A DNA stretch of 64,000 nucleotides from an uncultured delta proteobacterium (GCA_963760795.1 CAVXEP010000030.1:178819-242818), one strand, 5' to 3'. Positions 10,401 to 20,645 are shown, numbered from the stretch's first letter. Notes: generated from the sequence alone by a model not told the origin. Translations and numbers: made by a program.

Positions 10401-10737
10401 AGCTTTGAAGTCATGTCTGGCTGCACCATTCGAGGGATCAGAGCGGCAGATATTTTACTTCGGTGTTTCTCATCCGAGCTAGGCGCTTGCCGGAATAGCG
10501 ACGCGCTCCTTTAGTGTCGGGACACCGGCGTCGGGGAACTGGGAACTGACTCAGGCTTGCCCGGCAGGAACAGGAATAGGGCGGAAACACTTCATTCGAG
10601 TTGCCAGGTATCTTAAACTCTTCTCCCAGCGCGAGGTTAGTCGAGCGATCGGAAGATTGGAGTTATATGATCTTCGAACAAGTGCTCAGCGCGTCTTGCC
10701 TAACGAAATCGCAGAAGGCTTTTCAGAGATTCCTTAA

Positions 10738-13695
10738 GTGACTGCCGAGACCGTCTATGGTTTGCTCAAAACTCAGGCCAAGCTGAGCCCGAGCAATATT
10801 GCGATCTTTGCACCGGCTCGCGACCCCCTCACGTGCGTTGCCTTATGCCGCCATGTGGAGCAAGTCGTCGGGACGCTAAATTTCCACCGCATCGGCCGCG
10901 GCGACCGGGTGGCGCTAGTATTACCAAACGGTGCGGAAATGTTGACGGCATTTCTGACCGTCGCGTGCGGAGCTACTGCGGCGCCGCTCAATCCGGCATT
11001 TTCCGCCGGCGAGTTCGACTCGGCTCTGCAAGACTTAAGGATCGGAGCGGTGATTGTGCAGGCCTCGACCGAATCGCCTGTGCGCGAGGTCGCTGAGAAC
11101 CGCAGCATACCGATTCTCGAACTTTCCTTCGATACTAATGATCCGGCGGGGATTTTTTCATTGACGGGGGCGCGGCCAGCGGCTTCGAGTTCTATTCGAA
11201 GTCCGGCTTTTGCTGGCGATGACGATATTGCCTTGGTGCTTTGCACTTCGGGTACCACGGCTCGGCCGAAGATCGTGCCATCGACGCAGTCGGCGATGAT
11301 TGCGGGCGCCAACTTGACCATCGCTGCGCTCCAGTTGGCGGCGTCGGACCGATACCTGTGCGTGATGCCGATGTATCACACTCATGCGCTGATCACGAGT
11401 TTAGCCACGTTGCTCGCCGGCGGCGCGGTGGTCGCGGTTCCGCCATTCGATGTCGGCGACTTTTTCGGTTGGCTCGCCGGCTTTCGACCGACGTGGTATT
11501 CGGCGGCACCGACGATTCATCAAGCGATTGTGGCGCGAGCACACGAATACCGGGCGATCGTCGCCGAAAGTTCGCTGCGCTTCATTCGTTCTTCCGCGGC
11601 TCCATTGCCGCCTATCGTGCTGGCAGAATTAGAAGATGTCTTCCGCACGCCGGTGATCGAAGGCTACGGCATGACCGAAACCTGCTTATACGCGACGAGC
11701 AATCCGCTGCCGCCGCTTGAGAGAAAAATAGGATCGGTGGGAATCGCCGTTGGCACCGAACTCGTGATTCTTGATGGGGAGGGAGTGTCGCTTCCCGCCG
11801 GTCAGCCGGGAGAGATCGCCGTTCGAGGCGCCAACATCATGACGGCATACGAAAACAATCCCAGCGCCAACGCCGAAGCCTTTATCGACGGTTGGTTTCG
11901 GACCGGGGATCAAGGGTATTTGGATCGCGACCGCTATCTTTACATTACCGGAAGGTTGAAGGAGATGATCAATCGCGGCGGCGAGAAGATCTCACCGCTC
12001 GAAGTCGAGGAAGTACTTGCGAAACATCCGGAAGTTGCCGCCGCTGTCGTATTTGCCGTGCCTCATCCAACATTGGGCGAGGATGTAGCCGCAGCAGTGG
12101 TGTTACGGAACGACAGCGGATCGGGTGTTTTGGACTTGCGCAGATATGTCGCCGCCCGGTTGGTCGGCCATAAGGTTCCTGGGCAAATTTTGATTATCGA
12201 CGCGATCCCCGCCAGCTCCACCGGAAAGGTCCAGCGTGCTAAATTAGCGCAGTGCTTTTCGGATCGTTTGCAGGCGGAATTCGTCGAGCCGAGAAATGTC
12301 AATGAATTGTGCTTGGCGGATATCTGGCAAGATGTTCTAGGGATCCCATCAATCAGTATTAACGATAATTTCTTCGCCCTCGGCGGCGATTCGATCAAGG
12401 CCACCCAAGTGATCAGTCGCATTCGCCAGCGGTTCCACGTTGAGGTCTCCATCCGATCCTTCTTCGTCGCCCCGACTGTCGCTTCACTGGCACAGGAGCT
12501 GAGCGCCGGCGGTTCAGAGCGTCACCACGAAGCTGTGACGCCAGTTGAAATTCGCTCGCCTAGCGCGCCCGCTACGCCCGCGGCAGTTCCGCCCGCCGGC
12601 GCGGCGAACGAACCGTTGGGACAAACGGCGGCGGCGCGAACCAAACGGATGGAATTTAGTCTGTTCTTTTTCTCCGCCGACGGCTCGGCCGTCAAAGATG
12701 ACAAATACCGTTTATTTCTCGAAAGCCTGCAGTACGCCGACCAAAATGACTTCACGGCGATCTGGACGCCGGAGCGGCATTTCCATCCGTTCGGCGGTCT
12801 GTATCCCAATCCCGCTATTCTCGGCGCCGCGGCGGCGACGCTCACCAAGCAAATACAGATTCGCGCCGGCAGCGTCGTTGTCCCGTTTCAAGATCCGTTG
12901 CGTGTCGCCGAGGAGTGGTCGGTGATCGATAACTTGTCCGGTGGACGGGTCGGAATAGCCTGCGCGTCGGGTTGGCATGTAAATGACTTTGTTCTCGCGC
13001 CGGGGAATTACCAGCGCCGGCGCGAAATCATGGCCGAAAGGATCGCCGTCATTCAAAAACTCTGGCGCGGCGAGCCGGTCGCTTTGCCTAACGGCGCCGG
13101 CAAGCTCATTGAGGTGCGCATCTATCCGCAACCGATTCAGCCTAGTTTGCCTATCTGGCTGGCCAGCCACAGCGATGCGACCTTTATTCAAGCCGGCGAG
13201 ATCGGCGCCCATGTCTTGACGGTTTTATGGGACACCCAGGTGGAGGACCTGGCGCGCCGGATCCGGATTTATCGCAAAGCGCGGGCGCAGTACGGACTCG
13301 ATCCGGAACAGGGGAAAGTAACGTTGATGCTGCATACCTTCATCGGGGACACGATGGCGATGGTTCGCGAGCAGGTAACATCGGCTTATGAAGATTACTT
13401 GTTCGTTAATCTCGGCCTGCAGGATGATCACGTGCGCACCGTGGACGAAGCCAACCGGCGCAGTGGCCCGGATACTCGCTTCATCATCGGCCGGGCGACC
13501 GAGGAGCTTTTTCGCAGTAGAGGTCTGGTAGGGACCCCGGACGTTTGTCTTGAAAAGCTCGCTGGTTTGCAGGCGATCGGTGTCGATGAGGTCGCCTGCC
13601 TCATCGATTTCGGCGTCGCACTAGATGCCACCATGCGCAGCTTGGAGAAACTGAGCGATCTGCGACGCGCATACAATGCGGCACCAGACCAGTAG
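10738..13695 (+). CDS. NRPS-like tridomain protein: AMP-binding (oxalate/acyl-CoA ligase-like) + carrier protein + MupA/Atu3671-type luciferase-like monooxygenase
   Basis: TSGTTARPK, YGMTE, WFRTGDQG, GRLKEMINRGGEKISP (adenylation); NFFALGGDSI (phosphopantetheine Ser); EFSLFFF...IWTPERHFHPFGGLYPNP (NRPS-associated LLM). Confidence 0.9.
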   Translation: MTAETVYGLLKTQAKLSPSNIAIFAPARDPLTCVALCRHVEQVVGTLNFHRIGRGDRVALVLPNGAEMLTAFLTVACGATAAPLNPAFSAGEFDSALQDLRIGAVIVQASTESPVREVAENRSIPILELSFDTNDPAGIFSLTGARPAASSSIRSPAFAGDDDIALVLCTSGTTARPKIVPSTQSAMIAGANLTIAALQLAASDRYLCVMPMYHTHALITSLATLLAGGAVVAVPPFDVGDFFGWLAGFRPTWYSAAPTIHQAIVARAHEYRAIVAESSLRFIRSSAAPLPPIVLAELEDVFRTPVIEGYGMTETCLYATSNPLPPLERKIGSVGIAVGTELVILDGEGVSLPAGQPGEIAVRGANIMTAYENNPSANAEAFIDGWFRTGDQGYLDRDRYLYITGRLKEMINRGGEKISPLEVEEVLAKHPEVAAAVVFAVPHPTLGEDVAAAVVLRNDSGSGVLDLRRYVAARLVGHKVPGQILIIDAIPASSTGKVQRAKLAQCFSDRLQAEFVEPRNVNELCLADIWQDVLGIPSISINDNFFALGGDSIKATQVISRIRQRFHVEVSIRSFFVAPTVASLAQELSAGGSERHHEAVTPVEIRSPSAPATPAAVPPAGAANEPLGQTAAARTKRMEFSLFFFSADGSAVKDDKYRLFLESLQYADQNDFTAIWTPERHFHPFGGLYPNPAILGAAAATLTKQIQIRAGSVVVPFQDPLRVAEEWSVIDNLSGGRVGIACASGWHVNDFVLAPGNYQRRREIMAERIAVIQKLWRGEPVALPNGAGKLIEVRIYPQPIQPSLPIWLASHSDATFIQAGEIGAHVLTVLWDTQVEDLARRIRIYRKARAQYGLDPEQGKVTLMLHTFIGDTMAMVREQVTSAYEDYLFVNLGLQDDHVRTVDEANRRSGPDTRFIIGRATEELFRSRGLVGTPDVCLEKLAGLQAIGVDEVACLIDFGVALDATMRSLEKLSDLRRAYNAAPDQ

Positions 13696-13904
13696 TGAAT
13701 GTTGAGCTTCAGAGACCGGCAAGCATCAGGACCACCGGTCAATACAAACACGCAGAGAAATGGGGACGTTACTCCAAGTAGCTGGGACGAAGGTCAGAGC
13801 TAGCAGATCAACTTTTGCATTTCCATAATTCAACCATATCACTTCGAGTGTTCACCACTGCCAAGGCTATATCATGGCGAACTCAAACAAAGGAACGCAA
13901 TCAA

Positions 13905-13975
13905 TTCGTCATCAAGCCGGCGTCGAGCGCCGTTTACAACAAGTATAACGCCGAGATGTTGCGCTATTTTCGCTG
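13905..13975 (+). repeat. 71-bp direct repeat, copy 2
   Basis: Copy of 10329-10399 with CTT>TTG (synonymous Leu); followed by G, so TGG replaces the TGA stop. Confidence 0.95.
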
Positions 13976-13995
13976 GAGCCGCAGGACGCGATACC

Positions 13996-15552
13996 TTACA
14001 GCTGGCTTTTGCGCTTGACCGACTTTCCCAGGGCGATCAAAAACATTACGCTCTTGCCCGCCGCGTGGGGTGAGAAGAACTCCGTCACATCATCATCGAA
14101 AAACGTTAGGCCGGAGGCGCCCAGGCCCTGGGCGTAGGCCGCCAGATAAAGTTTACCGCCGCCGATGCTGGCTTCGAGCTGCGCGGCGCGATAGCCGCGG
14201 TTGCCGAAACGGTCCAGGACTCGATTGAGGTCCGCCAGGAAATATACGTTGACGCTGCAATCCGCTGGAATGTCCTGGCCCAAGCCGAGATCACCCGCTT
14301 GACGGCGAAACTCGCCTTCCTTGAGCAACTCCAGCGCGTGCAGGTCGCGCCGGTAGACGTAGGCCCCGGGCGCAAGATCGTCCACCGCATGGACTATTAA
14401 ATATAGCTGGTTGAGCGAATCACCCGCGTTGAGAAAATCGGCAAAGACGCCTCGGGTCGCCCGGTCGAGCAGCATGGAAAGTTGCCCGAAGGTAATCGAC
14501 TCGCGGGCGAATCGGCGCGTCGAACCGCGCCGAACGATAACCTCCTCGATGGTTGCGGATGGCATGTCGGCATCGCTCGGTGTTTGCAGGAAAACTCGGC
14601 GGCCGCCGCCCGCGCTCCGATCGTCTTTTTCAACGCTGTGACTGTCGCTCGCGGCACGCCACTGAACTACCTCGTCTTCGTTCTCCAACGACGAAGCCTC
14701 ATGCATCGCCCGCATGGCCGGGTAATCGACTTCCGTCTTGGATAGCGGCTCGGTTGGCAAAACCAGCGGCTCTAGCGGCGTCGATGTGAGACCCGGCTGT
14801 GCCGCGCTGCAACCCAGAGCAACCAACGATAGCGGTGCCTCGCGTTTGGGCTCTAACCCAAACAGTTCGCTGATCGCGCCATCGACAAAACCAAGGACAA
14901 CTTTCGCGGGGAGCGCGCGCGCCGCCGCAGCCGCCAAGAGATTGGCGAGCACCGTGCCGTTATCCCAGTAACAGTGGCGATAAGCACGGGCTTGGTATTT
15001 CCAGGCATTGCGCCAAAACGTCGAAGCACAAAGCAAAACTGCCGGCGCTTCGACCACCGAGGGCTCTGCAGCGCTCGCGCGCGTCAAGACGCCGCGGAAA
15101 TCCCCCTGGCGCAGCCGGCGTAGCGCGAAGTCATGGGGGCTGAAGTGGTAAACTCCGGCGGGGATGTCTTGAAGCTCGGCGCAGACCAGATACAGGTCAA
15201 TGTGATACAGCGCGCCGGTGCAAGCCGCGGCGCGAAACAACATTTCTCCACCTGGATATTTTCGCCGCCTGGTGATGCCGGCGCCAAGAAACAGAATCTC
15301 CGCGAGAGTCTGTCTGTTGGGAGAGGCTTGGCGATCCCGCCGCGCGGCAACCGCCGAAATCGCGCCCAGGGATGGCATCCCGGAAGAGGACAGATGCGGG
15401 GGTAGAGGGATCGGCTCTAACTCGGAGTAAATTTTGAAAGAAACCGGCTGGTTGTCAAAGTCCAGATAGTGCGGATTGGCCCGCACGCTTTGATACGAAT
15501 GTTTGGTGCCGTTATGGTAAGCCCAGGCGGCGTCGATCTGACGATTCTTCAT
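13996..15552 (-). CDS. SagB/ThcOx-family dehydrogenase (tandem nitroreductase domains)
   Basis: YHNGTKH, FRAAACTGALY, NAWKYQARAYRH, second domain RRGSTRRF...RGYRAAQLEA. Confidence 0.85.
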   Translation of the reverse strand: MKNRQIDAAWAYHNGTKHSYQSVRANPHYLDFDNQPVSFKIYSELEPIPLPPHLSSSGMPSLGAISAVAARRDRQASPNRQTLAEILFLGAGITRRRKYPGGEMLFRAAACTGALYHIDLYLVCAELQDIPAGVYHFSPHDFALRRLRQGDFRGVLTRASAAEPSVVEAPAVLLCASTFWRNAWKYQARAYRHCYWDNGTVLANLLAAAAARALPAKVVLGFVDGAISELFGLEPKREAPLSLVALGCSAAQPGLTSTPLEPLVLPTEPLSKTEVDYPAMRAMHEASSLENEDEVVQWRAASDSHSVEKDDRSAGGGRRVFLQTPSDADMPSATIEEVIVRRGSTRRFARESITFGQLSMLLDRATRGVFADFLNAGDSLNQLYLIVHAVDDLAPGAYVYRRDLHALELLKEGEFRRQAGDLGLGQDIPADCSVNVYFLADLNRVLDRFGNRGYRAAQLEASIGGGKLYLAAYAQGLGASGLTFFDDDVTEFFSPHAAGKSVMFLIALGKSVKRKSQL

Positions 15553-15753
15553 GGCTCGTCTCGCTAACTCCTCGAACAGGCAACCATCGCCTGTAGCGAG
15601 GCAATTACCATTCTACGTTCTTCAGTAATCCACGACTCAAGAAGCTCGCCGATTGAGGAATTGAACATTGCAGTTCCGCTCAATTTATTTAGAAAGCAAA
15701 AACTAGCTCTATTGCCCCTGCATGGGAGGAAACTGAATTTGACGTTGCCGCGG

Positions 15754-16911
15754 TCATTTCCCCTTGCCGCCGCTCGCGAGCCCCTTCTTGATGATATCGC
15801 GGATCGCGTCGAGTTCTTCGATCCACGCCGGGTTGAGCCAGAGAAACTTGGCGCCCTTGACGCGGCGCGCGCGCTCGCTGACTTTGTCCTTGGAAATATC
15901 TTCGCGCAAGGAATCGTAGAGCCCGCCGGTCTTGTGATTGTAGTCGAGCCACGCCGTTTGTCCCTCGCGCGATAGCAGCCAATTGGCGGCAACCTTGGCG
16001 GCGTTGGCATGGGGCGCTCGGTTAAAATAACTGAGCGTGCCGTTGTACGCGGTCACCGAAGCGCCTTCCTTGAGCGACCCCGGTAGAAATTGATTGAGCG
16101 GTAGACCTTGCACCATGGCGTCGTCGACGTTTCTGGCGCCGATGCCAAAGGCGTATTTGCCGGCGCTCAGCCAATCCAACATTTGCTCGTTGGAGCGTAG
16201 GATTGTGATCTCCGTGTCGCTGTGCAGCCGCCGGATAAACTCCGGCCCGAGCTCGGGGTGCTTGTAAAAAAACATTTGCGCCGCGCTGATCGGACCGGAC
16301 TGGAACGGATCGACGGAGACGATCTTGCCTTTCCATCTAGGGTTCAACAAATCCCAATAGGATTTGATCTCGGCTGGATTGATCAGTTTGCTGTTGAAAG
16401 TGATCTCGCCGCTGCGCGGCGTGCCCTCGAAGACGAAGATATAACGGTTCTCGGCGTCGTCGTAATGATGCTTGCCTTCATACCAAGCGGACTGGTCGAC
16501 GACATCGGGCAGGAGTAACAGAGATTGCACCGGCTGCAAAATCTTGGCGCGGTGAAATACCGTCAGCGGCGAGATGTTGCCCGAGATGTAGAGATCGACA
16601 GCGTACTTTTCCGCGCGCCGCTCGCTCATGACGCGCTGGCTGAGTTCCGGTCCGCGCCCGGTGACGGTGGTCACCTTGATCTTGGGAAATTTTTTCTGAA
16701 ACGCTTCGCGAAACACCGGGTCGAAAGCGCCGGTAATGTAGAGCGCCAACGCGCCTTCATCTTCCGCCGCTTTGACGGTCTTGTCCCACTCCGCCTGCCA
16801 GCCGGGTTTCGCTTCGGCGGCGCTGATTGAATTAAGTGTCGAACCCACGAGGCACAGGAACAGTGCCTGGACGAGCGCGATAATGATTCGAATTGGCTTC
16901 GGCATGGACAC
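15754..16911 (-). CDS. ABC extracellular solute-binding protein
   Basis: Signal peptide, WDKTVKAAEDEG, SYWDLLNPRWKGKI, APHANAAKVAANWLLSREGQ. Confidence 0.85.
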   Translation of the reverse strand: MSMPKPIRIIIALVQALFLCLVGSTLNSISAAEAKPGWQAEWDKTVKAAEDEGALALYITGAFDPVFREAFQKKFPKIKVTTVTGRGPELSQRVMSERRAEKYAVDLYISGNISPLTVFHRAKILQPVQSLLLLPDVVDQSAWYEGKHHYDDAENRYIFVFEGTPRSGEITFNSKLINPAEIKSYWDLLNPRWKGKIVSVDPFQSGPISAAQMFFYKHPELGPEFIRRLHSDTEITILRSNEQMLDWLSAGKYAFGIGARNVDDAMVQGLPLNQFLPGSLKEGASVTAYNGTLSYFNRAPHANAAKVAANWLLSREGQTAWLDYNHKTGGLYDSLREDISKDKVSERARRVKGAKFLWLNPAWIEELDAIRDIIKKGLASGGKGK

Positions 16912-16967
16912 TCCATCAGGTCCTGCTGGATGCTTAGCTTAGTTTGTGAATAGCTGTATCGACCATC

Positions 16968-17858
16968 TCACGACAAGCGACCCATCTTGCCGCTCGCGTA
17001 ATCGGCCATCGCCTGGCGAATCTCTTGGGAGGTGTTCATGACGAATGGACCCTGTCCGACGATCGGCTCATCGATCGGCGCGCCGCAAAGCAGTAAAGCG
17101 GTGGCGTCATTCACGCATTCGATGCTGACGCTCTTGCCGGCGCGATCGAACAGTCCGACCTCCGCCGTCCCGATCGCTTCAGAAGCGTTCACACGTAGTG
17201 CACCTTTCAGCACTACGAGCGCCGTCGTGTAACCATCCGGTAAGGGAAGGTCTGTGCGTTGCTCAGAAGCGAAGCGGAGATCCCAAACCAGGATTGGCGT
17301 GAACGTCTTGGCCGGCCCCTTGGCTCCGCCGAACTCACCCGCGATCACGCGCACCGTTCCCTGGCCGCCGGGTAAGCTGACGGCGGGAATCTGACTATTC
17401 AAAATACTCTGGTAACGCGGCGGCGCCAGCTTGTCCTTCGCTGGCAAATTGACCCAAAGCTGGACCATTTCAAACATGCCGCCGCGCCGGGCGAAATCAC
17501 GCCCATGAAACTCTTCGTGGACGATACCGGCCGCGGCAGTCATCCACTGCACATCACCAGGGCCGATACGGCCGCCGCCGCCGGACGAATCGCGGTGCTC
17601 TACTTCACCGTCGTAGACGATGGTCACGGTCTCAAATCCGCGATGCGGATGCTCGCCGACACCGAGGCGCTCTTGAGTCGGCGGAAATTCCCTCGGGCCG
17701 GCGTAGTCTAGTAGAAGGAACGGACTGAGCACCGGCCCCAGGTTGGGATAGGCGAACAGCGTCCGAACCGGGAATCCGTTTCCGACCCAATGTCGATCGA
17801 CGCTGCGCTGGATACAGCGAAGTTTTTTGACTGGCGGTTTTTCGCTTGCTTGCGTCAT
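16968..17858 (-). CDS. Pirin family protein
   Basis: PFLLLDY, HPHRGFETVT, VQWMTAAAGIVHEE, GPFVMN. Confidence 0.93.
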   Translation of the reverse strand: MTQASEKPPVKKLRCIQRSVDRHWVGNGFPVRTLFAYPNLGPVLSPFLLLDYAGPREFPPTQERLGVGEHPHRGFETVTIVYDGEVEHRDSSGGGGRIGPGDVQWMTAAAGIVHEEFHGRDFARRGGMFEMVQLWVNLPAKDKLAPPRYQSILNSQIPAVSLPGGQGTVRVIAGEFGGAKGPAKTFTPILVWDLRFASEQRTDLPLPDGYTTALVVLKGALRVNASEAIGTAEVGLFDRAGKSVSIECVNDATALLLCGAPIDEPIVGQGPFVMNTSQEIRQAMADYASGKMGRLS

Positions 17859-17946
17859 CGCACACCTCCTCTTTTGCGATCCTGGATTGCGACCTTGCCG
17901 ACTTCTTGGCGAGATAACTGGTGATCAGGTTCCGGTAGTTTGGAAA

Positions 17947-18186
17947 TCATTGGTTATCCTCAAGCTTTTCTATCGCCGTAGTTTTTACCTCGGATCGATA
18001 CCCGGGATTCTGTAGTTGCGCGGCTAGTTCCGGCTTGTCACTGCGGCTTTCACTGCTGATCTGGATTGAGACGAAGCGGGCGATCATCGTCGCTACGTAC
18101 ATGATACCGATTACCGCCTCGATCAGACTCAGTGAACGCGCCAGCGGCGATGATGGTGTGACATCGCCGTAGACCGCAACGCCTGG
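17947..18186 (-). pseudogene. Truncated potassium-channel (Ion_trans_2) pore/inner-helix fragment
   Basis: Start-less open frame reading AVYGDVTPSSPLARSLSLIEAVIGIMYVATMIARFVS..., resembling (G)YGD-x-x-P plus TM2. In-frame TAA at 18187-18189 upstream. Confidence 0.65.
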
Positions 18187-18528
18187 TTATCGCGAAAGCG
18201 TCAAACGTTAGAGATTTTATCCCGCAATGTTTGGCGCCAGTCAAGGCGCGCAAATTTCAAAGTGACCCATTCCAATTGATCCGAAGGTGTTTGGAATTGG
18301 CCGGATGAATCGGACGCTATCAAGCGGCCAACCCGGGAGCTATTCGATGGGGTTCACTGAAACCAGATCGCCGCTGGTAGTGGAATGTCGGTCTGGGGAA
18401 AGCAGCGTGCTAACCCTATTTGCGTTGGCGGTTCTGGCAGGATGGTTCAGTCATCGGCTAAACCTAACCAGAGATGAATCAGTGAATCTTCATTCTCGAC
18501 GGGACTATCTCCTCCAGTAAGGCGGGCT

Positions 18529-20295
18529 CTACTCCGCATACTGGCTATACAAATCATCGATCTCCCGTTTCACCTGACTGATTTTCACCGAGAGTTCGCG
18601 CATTTGCCCAAGATTATTGCGATTGGCTTCGAGCACGAGTTGCTCGTTGTATTTCTTTAATGCGGTTTCGTTCTTGATGATCTGCGCTTCGAGCTTCTCG
18701 ATGCGGGCTTTTTCTTTGCGCTCGACCTTTGCCCGTTGTTTTTTCTCGTCGTGATGGGTTCGCGTCGTCGGTTTCTTCTGGACGCCGTTGGCCTTGCCAT
18801 GACCCTGGTCCTCGTCTTCCCAACCTATTTTTTCGAGAAACTCGTCGTAACTGGTATCGAAGACATCGACTTTGCCACGGTGAAAAACGATCAGTTTGGT
18901 CGCCAGGGCGCGCAGGATGCCTTCGTTGTGGGTGACGATCAGAAATGCTCCGGGAAAATCTTGCAGGCTCTCGATCAAAGCGTCGATGGACTCCATGTCG
19001 AGATGGTTGTTGGGCTCGTCGAGCAAAAGCAGATTGGACGGATGAGCGAGGATCTTGCCCAACAAGGTCCGGCTCTTCTCGCCGCCGGACAGCACCGTCA
19101 CTTTCTTCAACGCCAGGTCGCCGCCAAACATCATCGTGCCACAGATGTTGCGCACCTGCGTGCGCGTGAGCGCCGGATTAGCATTTTCGATTTCTTGTTC
19201 GATGGTCAGCTTGGGATCGAGCCGTTGTATGTTGGTCTGGCCGAAGAAGCCGGGCTTCAGGTCGGGGTGAGTTTTGATTTCGCCTGTCAGCGGTGTGAGC
19301 CCGCCGGACAGAACATTTAACAGCGTCGACTTCCCTTTGCCGTTGTTGCCGATCACACCGATACGGTCGCGAGCGTTGATGGATAGGTTGATGTCCTTAA
19401 ACAACAGATTTTCGTTCGTGTAGCCGAAGGAGATATCGCGCGCTTCAAGAAAAGTTTTCGCGGCGAACGGGGCATAGCGAAATTCAAAATCCAACAACTC
19501 GATCTCAGCAAGGTCGTCGAGCTTGGGCAGCCGCTCGAGCATCTTGATGCGCGACTGGACCATCTTGGCCTTGGACGCCTGGGCGCGAAAGCGATTGATA
19601 AACGCCTCGGCGTGAGCCCGTTTGCGGTCTTCGTTGGCGCGGGTCTTCTCATGAATCTCGTCGTCGAGAATGATCTGCGCGTAAGCCTTGGCCGTGCCGC
19701 CTTCAAATTTGCGAATCTTTTGCCGATGGATCACCGCTGTGTGAGTCGTGACGCTGTCCATGAAGGCGCGATCATGGGAGATCAAAATCAGCTCGCCCTT
19801 GAAATTGGTCAGAAACTTGGCGATCCATCGCACCGAGGTGATGTCCAAGTAGTTGGTCGGTTCGTCGAGTAGAAGCAGGTCGGGATCGGAGAGCAGGAGT
19901 TTCGCCAGGTTGATGCGAATTTGAAAGCCGCCGGAAAACTCGCCCGGCGCTTTTTCCAGATCAGCTTGGGAAAACCCCAGTCCAAATAGAATCGCTTCGG
20001 CCTTGTAGATCGAATGGGCTTCTTCTTCCGGTAGGCCTAATACGGCTTCGTCGAGAATCGTCGGTCGAGTAAAGTGAAGATGCTGTTCGAGATGGCCGAT
20101 GCGATAGTTGCGCGGGATGGTGATGTCGCCAGAGTCGACCTCCTCCTCGCCTAAAATGAGTTTGAACAGCGTAGATTTACCATGGCCGTTGCGGCCGACC
20201 AGGCCCAACCGATCGCCGGCATTCATCTGAAAAGTAACTTCAGCGAAAAGCTCGCGTGCGAAATACGACTTGGATAGTTGGTTGATCTTAATCAC
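18529..20295 (-). CDS. ABC-F family ATP-binding protein
   Basis: Two ABC cassettes (GRNGHGKST/FSGG/LLLDEPTN; GNNGKGKST/LSGGE/LLLDEPNN), no TM segments, C-terminal coiled coil. Confidence 0.93.
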   Translation of the reverse strand: MIKINQLSKSYFARELFAEVTFQMNAGDRLGLVGRNGHGKSTLFKLILGEEEVDSGDITIPRNYRIGHLEQHLHFTRPTILDEAVLGLPEEEAHSIYKAEAILFGLGFSQADLEKAPGEFSGGFQIRINLAKLLLSDPDLLLLDEPTNYLDITSVRWIAKFLTNFKGELILISHDRAFMDSVTTHTAVIHRQKIRKFEGGTAKAYAQIILDDEIHEKTRANEDRKRAHAEAFINRFRAQASKAKMVQSRIKMLERLPKLDDLAEIELLDFEFRYAPFAAKTFLEARDISFGYTNENLLFKDINLSINARDRIGVIGNNGKGKSTLLNVLSGGLTPLTGEIKTHPDLKPGFFGQTNIQRLDPKLTIEQEIENANPALTRTQVRNICGTMMFGGDLALKKVTVLSGGEKSRTLLGKILAHPSNLLLLDEPNNHLDMESIDALIESLQDFPGAFLIVTHNEGILRALATKLIVFHRGKVDVFDTSYDEFLEKIGWEDEDQGHGKANGVQKKPTTRTHHDEKKQRAKVERKEKARIEKLEAQIIKNETALKKYNEQLVLEANRNNLGQMRELSVKISQVKREIDDLYSQYAE

Positions 20296-20645
20296 GATGA
20301 AATTTTTTAGTGGAGAAATTTACGGTAATCAAGCGGCTGGCTTAGGAAATTTTCCAGCGCCGACCATGAACGGGGAACAACCCGAGAAGTAGTGCCGCGC
20401 CATCAACGCTGCCGATTGAATCCAAGATTTCGCCCCGGTTGCGCCTTGGGTTCACGCGAAGGAAGAGCCTCGAATGAGGCCTCCCACAATCATTGTTTCT
20501 ACAGACTGTTCACCGTAACAGTGAGAATGCGCAAGCTGAGTGCTAACGGCTATGAACGCGGCGTGAAGATGGACCCATTAGGCTCGGGCCCATCTCGCCG
20601 GTTCGCGTATCATCGTGAACATAACGCTTAGAAACGGGGCATCGG

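Noticed and set aside
10463-10590. GTGTTTC...GAAACAC inverted repeat inside the islet's left flank
   Set aside because: Only 7 bp; no recognisable RNA family, MITE copy or target duplication.
13815-14018. 67-aa ORF containing FVIKPASSAVYNKYNAEMLRYFR
   Set aside because: By-product of direct-repeat copy 2, not an independent gene.
13996-15552. RiPP (azole) cluster around the SagB-like gene
   Set aside because: No YcaO/E1 protein or Cys/Ser/Thr-rich precursor seen.
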